Assembly: GCA_963806555.1 (NCBI GenBank)
Contig: CAWDYR010000029.1
Span: 25,524-89,523, forward strand
Reading direction: 5' to 3'
Origin: an uncultured Bacteroidales bacterium
Lineage (GTDB): Bacteria; Bacteroidota; Bacteroidia; Bacteroidales; VadinHA17
DNA: 64,000 bases
The notes under the pieces were generated by a model. It was not told the DNA's origin and searched no databases. It saw only the letters and a program-made list of their open reading frames with translations. How positions within the stretch are numbered: the stretch's first letter is position 1; each line of letters opens with the position of its first letter. Below are positions 57,194-64,000 of the stretch, one piece after another. The position numbers and the translations under genes are program-made.

Positions 57194-59104
57194 CTACTTT
57201 TGGGAAGCCGATATCAGATCTAATATTATCAATCCTCCGTTTTTCGCTTTAACGAGTACTTTATTATTATCATTTACAGATATTATTCCTCTCCGTCCAA
57301 ATTCAGCCGATTCAAAAGTATAATTCGAAAAAGAATCTTCATATAATTTTTTGAAATTATGACCATTTTTTGTTGCTACTATACCTCCCTTTGTAGTTGA
57401 ATGGTTTTGTGATTCATGTGGATTAATTAAGCTTAGCATTGTTCCATTCTGAGTAAAGCAATGCCCACCGTTAATTGTAACAAGTTGCGTATTTGTTCCC
57501 GTGAACTGATAGCAGCATTCTATTGTTGAAAGCAGGTTTCTGCCATCTCTGAACAGTCTCCAGTACCCATCTCCTGAGCCATCATTTCCGAATAATACAC
57601 AATCTTCCATTGGAATTACAGTAACAAATTGAGACCGACAGTCTGCTGATGGTAGCAGAACACCGGTTTTAATTAACGTCCAGTTATATCCCCAATCATC
57701 AGAATAATAGATGCCTACAGCAGGGTACCCATCTCCTGTGACAATAAATAATCTATCTGAATATTTATCAATACAACCTCCATGTGAATGTAAACTGCCA
57801 TTTCCTGTTTCTCCCCATAAATCATAATCCTGAGGATTTGTAAGGGTGTTTTTCATTGGGTGCCCACCTATTGCACCAAATCCTCCTTTCCCATCAGGCT
57901 TTGTGGCAACAAAGACCATTTGATCAGCTGGAGTTGTACTATTTATGGACGTATCAGCCATTGAAAATACACATCTGAATGAATTCCCGCTATCTGTACT
58001 TAGATAGGCCTGCCCAATTGCATTATAGATAACGGCAAATACAATATTGTCCTTAGTACTCAGACCCCATGCTTTATTCAGAATTGAATTCTCGTAGGGA
58101 ATATTCATTACCAGAACCGCGTCTGATTGCCTATAGGTATGAGTACCAGTTACCTGGGCAACAAATGGTACTTTATAAAAACTACAATGTGGTGCGTTAT
58201 TGTCAACTTGTATTAATAAACCTGAATCAGGCATTTCATTTACTCCCATAATGGTACAGGAAGATACATTTAAACCGGAAGCTCCTTCCCAGATTCCGGA
58301 AATTAAAAATTTTACTTTATTACCAAATGTATTTTTATCAATCCGATAGAATGCACTTGAATGACCATAGTAAATGTATTCATCCGATATGTCAAAAACT
58401 TCGCAGTTTATGCCATCTTCCACAAATCTATGCAGTTCGGGGTTAGCAAGATTTTCGTAAATAATCGGATCAGAATTTGCGATTGAATAGGCATCTTCTA
58501 TGGTTTTTGCCAGAAACGAAGATGAACTTCCACAATTTACCGGACCATCAGTAATTTTTGTAAAATGAACATTCCCAAGAGTTATATCTCTTATTTCTTC
58601 AGGTGATTCAAAATAAACAGCTGACGATAAAGTTTCATACCGTTGTTTTAAGGTGGTAAATGTCACCTGATTTCCGTAAGATGTGCCGAGGCTGCTGGCA
58701 AGATAAGCTCTGACATAATAAGTGGTTCCTGCAGCTAAACCGGTTATACTGCTTGTAAAACTGCCACTACCTGAGCCATCAGTAGTTTTGCTGTTTGCAG
58801 TTGTCGGATTTGCCGTCTTTGCCCAACAAACGCCTCTTGAGATGATTACTCCTCCACCATCAGGTGTAATATTCCCTCCGCTTATTGCAGTAGAATTTGT
58901 TATTGAAAAAACTGCCGTAGTAGAAATGGAGATAGTAAAAAGCTCCTGACCGTTTTTAGTTAAAGCCGGATAAATTACGATTTTACCGTTTTTATTTACA
59001 AAATTTATTCCTGTAGCAGTATTCTGCCCATTTTTTGTTAAACCTTGAGCTGAAAGAGTGCAAGAAACAAATAAATAAAAAAGTACGAAGAATAGTAATC
59101 GCAT
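57194..59104 (-). CDS. secreted protein: one Fn3-like 'GVCW' module + BNR/Asp-box beta-propeller-like region
   Basis: Signal peptide, then one copy of the module found in the FISUMP genes (SGGNITPDGGG...RGVCWA...YYVRAY). Asp-box-like motifs STDSGNSF and SDDWGYNW. Confidence 0.6.
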   Translation of the reverse strand: MRLLFFVLFYLFVSCTLSAQGLTKNGQNTATGINFVNKNGKIVIYPALTKNGQELFTISISTTAVFSITNSTAISGGNITPDGGGVIISRGVCWAKTANPTTANSKTTDGSGSGSFTSSITGLAAGTTYYVRAYLASSLGTSYGNQVTFTTLKQRYETLSSAVYFESPEEIRDITLGNVHFTKITDGPVNCGSSSSFLAKTIEDAYSIANSDPIIYENLANPELHRFVEDGINCEVFDISDEYIYYGHSSAFYRIDKNTFGNKVKFLISGIWEGASGLNVSSCTIMGVNEMPDSGLLIQVDNNAPHCSFYKVPFVAQVTGTHTYRQSDAVLVMNIPYENSILNKAWGLSTKDNIVFAVIYNAIGQAYLSTDSGNSFRCVFSMADTSINSTTPADQMVFVATKPDGKGGFGAIGGHPMKNTLTNPQDYDLWGETGNGSLHSHGGCIDKYSDRLFIVTGDGYPAVGIYYSDDWGYNWTLIKTGVLLPSADCRSQFVTVIPMEDCVLFGNDGSGDGYWRLFRDGRNLLSTIECCYQFTGTNTQLVTINGGHCFTQNGTMLSLINPHESQNHSTTKGGIVATKNGHNFKKLYEDSFSNYTFESAEFGRRGIISVNDNNKVLVKAKNGGLIILDLISASQK

Positions 59105-59121
59105 TTATTTTATAGGTCTGA

Positions 59122-60153
59122 TTAATAAGAATAATCAAATTGAATTCTATCGCCTGCCATTAATGCGTATGAACCATTATTTGCAGAAACATACGTTAAT
59201 ATAATCCCTGAATTACTGTAAGCTGATTTACTTATTCTGACCCCATTAACATACATTTTCAGGTTACTTGTCTCAGAAGGACTATGTCTTAAAGTAAAAA
59301 TTGTCTGACCCGTTACGGCAAGAAATTCATCTGTTGTTTCCCTGGTGATCAAAGGTTTATTGACGAGAGAATTATAATTGCCATCAAAAAGAACCGGTTT
59401 GTTGATCAAATCATCATAATCTCCACTTGTTGCCACATCAGAAAACAGCGGTTTGTTCATTATGTCAGAATAATCGCCACTTATTGCTAATTCAGAAAAT
59501 ATGGGTTTGTTCAATATGTCAGAATAATCACCACTTTTGGCTACATCAGACAAAACGGGTTTGTTCAATATGTCTGAATAAACTCCACTTGTTGCCACAT
59601 CAGAAAATAAAGGTTTGTTCAATATGTCAGAATAATCTCCACTTGTTGCCACATCAGAAAATAAGGGTTTGTTCAATATGTCAGAATAATTTACGGTTGA
59701 TTTTGTGGATGTTAGTGAATGAAATGCAAATGGCACTGCCATCATCTGCTGGATTCCCATAACTTTAAAATTACCGGAACGCTTTATGTCAATCTCAACT
59801 TTAAGGTATAACAGTTCTTCTCCCCAGTTAATATCTATCAGTTTCTGATATTTTCCGTCTGCAGAGACATCACCATGACCTAAAACCAGAGAAAACAGTC
59901 CAAACTGATCAGTGTAGGTGGAATGAACTTCCTTATATAAAATTTCCCCATTCTGTATACCGCCCAGGATTGAAAATCTAACATCAATCTGTTTGCTGTA
60001 AATGATATTCCCATTAATGTCGTGTCCGGCAATCTCTTTACCATGCTCATCCAGAGCCACTGCCTGGTAGGTAATGCCATCAGCGAATTGGCCATTTACT
60101 TTTGCGACGGACAGAATTAAGAATGTAAATAATAGGATTACAATGTTTTTCAT
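59122..60153 (-). CDS. secreted phage-tail-fibre-like repeat protein
   Basis: Signal peptide, then an N-terminal domain (ITYQAVALDEHG...). Six 18-aa repeats YSDILNKPLFSDVATSGD (the Y-x-D-L-x-N-KP type motif of tail fibres). C-terminal domain ...TGQTIFTL...VNGVRISKSAYS...GDRIQF. Confidence 0.6.
   Translation of the reverse strand: MKNIVILLFTFLILSVAKVNGQFADGITYQAVALDEHGKEIAGHDINGNIIYSKQIDVRFSILGGIQNGEILYKEVHSTYTDQFGLFSLVLGHGDVSADGKYQKLIDINWGEELLYLKVEIDIKRSGNFKVMGIQQMMAVPFAFHSLTSTKSTVNYSDILNKPLFSDVATSGDYSDILNKPLFSDVATSGVYSDILNKPVLSDVAKSGDYSDILNKPIFSELAISGDYSDIMNKPLFSDVATSGDYDDLINKPVLFDGNYNSLVNKPLITRETTDEFLAVTGQTIFTLRHSPSETSNLKMYVNGVRISKSAYSNSGIILTYVSANNGSYALMAGDRIQFDYSY
59355..59700. repeat. 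54-bp tandem repeat, ~6 units plus one degenerate 42-bp unit, inside the tail-fibre-like CDS
   Basis: The anchor GTTTGTTCA recurs at 59397, 59451, 59505, 59559, 59613 and 59667, an exact 54-nt spacing. Confidence 0.9.
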
Positions 60154-60779
60154 GGCAAGTTTTTATTGATAGGAAATAAAAGTCCAAGTTGAATTGAAAA
60201 AGTCCGGTTAAACATCTTTTGGCTTGATTCTCTTTTCTCAAGCTGCAACAGCCCTATAGATTTATTTATTTTCAGGAATACAGAGCTATGATCTGAATAT
60301 TCGTACTCTAAACCACCAAACATATTAACTCCAAAGTCATTCCTTTTAATTTCATTTAAAAACATCAGATCATAATGAGCTGAACCAATATATTGATCCG
60401 CTTTTAAAAGCCTTCCATAATATAAGCCGGCACCTAATTGGGGATAAAGTTTGCCCATAATGAATTTGTAACCAATATTCACATCAGCATTGACATAATG
60501 AAAAGACCAATCCAATTGATCCAGGTCAAGAGTTGAAGTTGCCCCATTATTATTGTACAATACCAGTCCTTCAAGGAATAAATGATTCCCGAATGCTTTT
60601 TGGAATGAAAGGCTATAACCAAATTTTATAGTATGATTCAGATCCTCCTTTTTCCCTTCAGAGTCGATGTATCTGAATGTGGAATAATTCTGGTAAAATG
60701 AAATCCCAACTTTATAATCCTGGGCAGCAAGGGTAATATAACTAAATATAAAAAAAACTATTACTAAATTTTTTTTCAT
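60150..60779 (-). CDS. small outer-membrane beta-barrel (porin-family) protein
   Basis: Signal peptide, 209 aa, alternating beta-strand pattern with terminal aromatic residues. The stop overlaps the downstream start (4-nt overlap). Confidence 0.6.
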   Translation of the reverse strand: MKKNLVIVFFIFSYITLAAQDYKVGISFYQNYSTFRYIDSEGKKEDLNHTIKFGYSLSFQKAFGNHLFLEGLVLYNNNGATSTLDLDQLDWSFHYVNADVNIGYKFIMGKLYPQLGAGLYYGRLLKADQYIGSAHYDLMFLNEIKRNDFGVNMFGGLEYEYSDHSSVFLKINKSIGLLQLEKRESSQKMFNRTFSIQLGLLFPINKNLP

Positions 60780-60802
60780 ATAAGGGTGATTTGAAATTGA
60801 CT

Positions 60803-61288
60803 CTAATGTGTTACGATCAGTTTTTTTGAACCTGTACTGTTATCAGAATTAACCGTTATGATATATATACCTGGTATTAAATTCTTTAAATCCAGCCATC
60901 TGGTTTGCAAGGACTCAGCTTTGAATTCAGATATCAAAATTCCATTTATATCTTTCATGTAAATGGTGCATTTGGAGATCTCTTCCTGAAATTTAAGCAG
61001 CACCCTGTCATTTGCCGGATTTGGAGAGAGAGTGAACTCAACCGGCAGTATTGCCTTTAAATAGTTGTAAGAGGTTATCGGCTGTTGGAATCCCTGCCTG
61101 AGGACTAATCCTTCTTTATTAAACATATAAGTATTTGAGGACTGACCGATTGTTTGCCGAAGAATAAACCCTTCATCTGAAACCGTTGATCCCAGACAAC
61201 TTAATGAAGAACGAACAATAGTCTGTCCAAGAGATGCCTGGCTAAGGATCATTATCTGCAGGAACACGATTTTAAGATACTTTGGCAT
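60803..61288 (-). CDS. small secreted protein with T9SS C-terminal sorting domain
   Basis: Signal peptide. The C-terminal ~80 aa match the T9SS type-A CTD pattern (...LSPNPANDRVLLKF...GIYIITVNSDNSTGSKKLIV). Confidence 0.65.
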   Translation of the reverse strand: MPKYLKIVFLQIMILSQASLGQTIVRSSLSCLGSTVSDEGFILRQTIGQSSNTYMFNKEGLVLRQGFQQPITSYNYLKAILPVEFTLSPNPANDRVLLKFQEEISKCTIYMKDINGILISEFKAESLQTRWLDLKNLIPGIYIITVNSDNSTGSKKLIVTH

Positions 61289-61541
61289 ATTAACTATGTG
61301 GTCTCAAATGTCAGAGAATTACCCGGTAAATTTAATCCCTTACGAATGAATTAATTGAATGATCATATAACTTTATGTCAATGGTTTTACTCGTTTAGTC
61401 AATATTTAGTTATCCTTTTTCGGTGCCCGCAACCGCTTTGATTGGATTGAGTCGAAAAAAATCATATTGTAACAGGTAAAATAATTACCGTAGTAGGGAT
61501 ATTAATTATCGTATTACAATATCAAAAAGTCCGAAAATCTT

Positions 61542-61590
61542 CCCCGACGGCATCAGTGAAACTGATCACTCATCGCCCACAATTAAAAAG
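61542..61590 (+). repeat. third copy of the tRNA-Val 3'-end-containing repeat (att-like direct repeat, partner of 56511-56559)
   Basis: CCCCGACGGCATCAGTGAAACTGATCACTCATCGCCCACAATTAAAAAG compared with CCCCAACGGGATCAGTGAAACTAATCCCTCATCGCCCACAACTTAAAAG shows 4 substitutions and 1 indel over ~49 nt. Confidence 0.75.
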
Positions 61591-61823
61591 CTGTTCACCA
61601 TAGTGTTCGGTTTTTGTTCGGATGTCCCCGTTTTCTATATGTTGAAAACCCCTTAATATGTTGAAAACCTGTCAAAATTGATAGAATACTTATGTTTCTT
61701 ATTTTCATACATTCGCTATAATTTGTATTAGTGAGTCGGGAAATCTATGAAAGAAGATGGAGAAAATTAAACATTATTTTCTTATTCGTCTGATGCATTG
61801 TGTATTGCATTTTTTGAATAACC

Positions 61824-62675
61824 TTGAATCTGATCTGCATGAAACAATTGATACGTTTTGAATGTCTTTCCGTACAAAGTATCCTTTTACGGAGATTTAT
61901 TAAACTTCTGCTTCTTACTGCTCTTCTGATCCTGTCTTCTGCGGTTAACATAAATGCAGATGCAGGGAATGCAAAAAACATTCTTCCGCCGGTAGCCCTC
62001 TGTAAAAACATAACGGTGCAACTTGGAGATAATGGTTCCGTAACCATTGCAGGATCAGATGTAAATGATGGTTCTTACGACCCCGACGGTTCGGTTGTCA
62101 ATCTTATGGTTACACCGAATTCATTTAACTGTTCCAATATTGGTGCGAACACAGTCACCCTTACAGTTACCGACAATGAGGGATTGAGTTCGGAATGCAA
62201 TGCAGTCGTTACAGTCGAGGATAAGATACCTCCGGTTGTAAATGTCAAACCCTTTGAGCTTGTCATTGGTTCTTTGGGAACAGGTACTCTTCTTCCCGCA
62301 AATATTGACAATGGATCATCCGACAACTGCGGACCAGTAATATTGACGATATCAAAGAGTGACTTTACATGCAGCGACCTTGGGCAAAACACTGTGACCC
62401 TGACAGCCGTCGACTCTTATGGCAATTCGGCTTCGCGGACCACTATGGTGACGGTCTCAACGACTCTTGAGATTACAGGAATGTCCCTCTCCAGCTGTGA
62501 TCTTTCTCCGTCGTTAGCCTTGTTCAAGGCAAATATCGAGGGAGGGGACGGAACTTATACCTATCTGTGGAAAGGCATGGAAGTAGACCTCTGTGCCTTT
62601 TATGGTTATTATCCCATTCCCGCCATCGCTCCAGTTTTTCAATACAAGCATCCTGGAAAAGCCATTTTTCAATAA
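61824..62675 (+). CDS. giant T9SS-type adhesin, fragment 1 (signal peptide + HYR/Ig-like domains; frame break ~62590)
   Basis: Signal LLLLTALLILSSAVNINA, then two Ig-like repeats (...CKNITVQLGDNGSVTI...DNCG...TLTVTD..G...C...VTV.D). Confidence 0.7.
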   Translation: MNLICMKQLIRFECLSVQSILLRRFIKLLLLTALLILSSAVNINADAGNAKNILPPVALCKNITVQLGDNGSVTIAGSDVNDGSYDPDGSVVNLMVTPNSFNCSNIGANTVTLTVTDNEGLSSECNAVVTVEDKIPPVVNVKPFELVIGSLGTGTLLPANIDNGSSDNCGPVILTISKSDFTCSDLGQNTVTLTAVDSYGNSASRTTMVTVSTTLEITGMSLSSCDLSPSLALFKANIEGGDGTYTYLWKGMEVDLCAFYGYYPIPAIAPVFQYKHPGKAIFQ

Positions 62676-63777
62676 TACTATGTCCGATGGCCGTTACAAT
62701 ATCAGGCTTGTTGTTACTGATGGGAACGGATGCACCGATACTTCGGACATAAGAATAAGTAAGACCGGTCTTGTTTTTAATAATGTCACACAGAAATATA
62801 CAGAAGCGTGCGAGGGTGAGATAAGATCCTATTCGGTAAATAATGAACCTGACGCAACTTACTCATGGACAGTTGTCAATGGAACGATTCTCTCAGCTGA
62901 CCAGGATACTAGCAGGATCGATGTCAGATGGAACCTCGGAATTACATCCGGCGTTGTTACGGCTACTCTCCATGAACCTAATTTTTTCTTTCCGGCCGGG
63001 CAATGTGAATCTTCAGTTGTTGATAGTGTCACTCTGACCCCTTCGCCTGTGCCTGCATTAAACAACCCGGTTGTTAATGTCTGTTCAGAGTCAGAGAATA
63101 CATATACTCTTACAAGTACCTTTGCATACCAGTTCTGGATTATAACCGGAGGTACAATTACAGCAGGAGGTGATGTCAGCGACAACTTTGTTACTGTAAG
63201 ATGGGGAGCAGGACCTTCAGGGACCATTTCGGTATCCGCCGGAAGCAGCCCCACATGCACAGGTTCAATTGTTGTCGATATTTCAATATTCAAACTTTCA
63301 GGGGCAATTACCTCACAGACCGATATTTCGTGCAACGGGGGTTCAGACGGTTCGGTAACGGCTTTAGCTGCTGCCGGAACAGGCATTGCTCCCTATTCCT
63401 ACTCTCTTGACGGCGGAGCTTACCAGCCCTCAGGTACCTTCACGGGTTTGTCGCTGGGAAATCATGTGGTGACCATCAGGGACGCTTTGCTCTGTACTTT
63501 TAATCTGCCATTTGTGATCAGCCAGCCAGAATCTGTTTCGGCATCAATCCAGGCAAAGACTGAAGTAAGTTGTTTTGGAGGATCTGACGGATCTGTTACA
63601 ATTTCAGCTGCCGGAGGAACTCCGCCCTATCGTTACAGTCTGAATGCCGGGCCTTATCAGGATCAGAATATTTTTAACGGGCTTATGGCAGGTGCCTACA
63701 CCATCACTGTCAGCGACAGCCACAATTGTACCGGTAATATCCCCGTTATTAATCACGCAGCCTGCAGCTATTCTTAA
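62593..63777 (+). CDS. giant adhesin, fragment 2 (Ig-like domains + SprB repeats)
   Basis: SprB-repeat signatures ISCNGGSDGSVTA...PYSYSLDGG and VSCFGGSDGSVTISAAGGTPPYRYSLN. Confidence 0.75.
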   Translation: MPFMVIIPFPPSLQFFNTSILEKPFFNNTMSDGRYNIRLVVTDGNGCTDTSDIRISKTGLVFNNVTQKYTEACEGEIRSYSVNNEPDATYSWTVVNGTILSADQDTSRIDVRWNLGITSGVVTATLHEPNFFFPAGQCESSVVDSVTLTPSPVPALNNPVVNVCSESENTYTLTSTFAYQFWIITGGTITAGGDVSDNFVTVRWGAGPSGTISVSAGSSPTCTGSIVVDISIFKLSGAITSQTDISCNGGSDGSVTALAAAGTGIAPYSYSLDGGAYQPSGTFTGLSLGNHVVTIRDALLCTFNLPFVISQPESVSASIQAKTEVSCFGGSDGSVTISAAGGTPPYRYSLNAGPYQDQNIFNGLMAGAYTITVSDSHNCTGNIPVINHAACSYS

Positions 63778-64000
63778 TGGTACTGTAACGGTAACCAATG
63801 TCAGCTGTTACGGCGGACCTGACAGGACAGATTGACCTTACTGTCACAGGTGGGACCATACCTTACACATTTGTATGGAGCAGCGGTGAAACCACTGAAG
63901 ACCTTCAGAATGTCGCCGCCGGTAATTATACAGTGGTAATCACTGACAGCAAGGGATGCACGGCAACGGTACCTGCAGTTGTTACACAGCCGGCAGCAGC
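63750..64000 (+). CDS. giant adhesin, continuation in two further frames (breaks ~63750 and ~63823); runs off the window
   Basis: ...[22 protein letters not shown] / [27 protein letters not shown]... are further SprB repeats. The frame is open at 64000. Confidence 0.7.

Larger units (their letters stand above)
56371..61590. mobile_element. candidate integrated islet at tRNA-Val (integrase-less remnant or satellite-like element)
   Basis: Lies directly 3' of a tRNA and is bounded by direct repeats containing the tRNA 3' end. It is visibly more AT-rich than its flanks and its cargo is secreted/surface proteins. No integrase, transposase or excisionase ORF is present. Confidence 0.35.

Noticed and set aside
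59355-59700. Regularly spaced repeats that could be mistaken for a CRISPR array. The same applies to the heptamer array at 13652-13710.
   Set aside because: The units are contiguous (54-bp and 7-bp periods) with no unique spacers. The 54-bp array is in frame inside a CDS, and no cas genes are present.
56371-61590. A prophage or ICE interpretation of the tRNA-linked islet.
   Set aside because: No integrase, capsid, terminase, portal, relaxase or conjugation genes are present. Only one gene has phage-fibre-like repeats and it carries a Sec signal. It is kept only as an 'integrase-less islet' hypothesis.
61745-62047. A 100-aa minus-strand ORF overlapping the adhesin start.
   Set aside because: It has no recognisable features and overlaps the signal-peptide-encoding start of a well-supported + strand gene.

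Overview
Bacteroidota chromosomal fragment. This assignment is an inference from the T9SS/gliding genes porV-porU-porP/sprF-gldJ, Bacteroidetes-type -33 TTTG / -7 TAnnTTTG promoter boxes, FISUMP lipoproteins and SprB-repeat adhesins. Positions 1-48 kb are mostly housekeeping and envelope genes: M3 peptidase, rlmN-like, two TPR/beta-propeller/SPOR envelope proteins, an E2 acyltransferase, recR, an SSF symporter, alaS, two M23 peptidases, Nif3, hutU, ispF, the T9SS core block, murF, LPS/glycosyl genes, mtaB, PIN-PhoH, folC, an M28 peptidase, TerC, a PAS histidine kinase and a peroxiredoxin. Positions 49-64 kb are an accessory cell-surface region. It holds three tandem FISUMP lipoproteins built from 3, 4 and 4 copies of an ~92-aa Fn3-like module. 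It also holds a tRNA-Val(TAC) followed by a duplicated 178-bp structured unit. After that comes an AT-rich ~5 kb islet bounded by 49-bp direct repeats carrying the tRNA 3' end, and then the start of a giant HYR/SprB-repeat adhesin. The islet encodes a SiaC-like protein and a 4-gene secreted/outer-membrane operon that includes a phage-tail-fibre-like repeat protein. I see no rRNA, CRISPR array, transposase, integrase or recognisable defence system. The best candidate for something new is the integrase-less tRNA-linked islet with its surface operon and the structured tRNA-adjacent element, and this remains a hypothesis. Caveat: at least 17 frame breaks interrupt conserved genes, including three in essential alaS, and several sit in short homopolymers. 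Sequence error is therefore more likely than real pseudogenisation. Split genes are listed as fragments.
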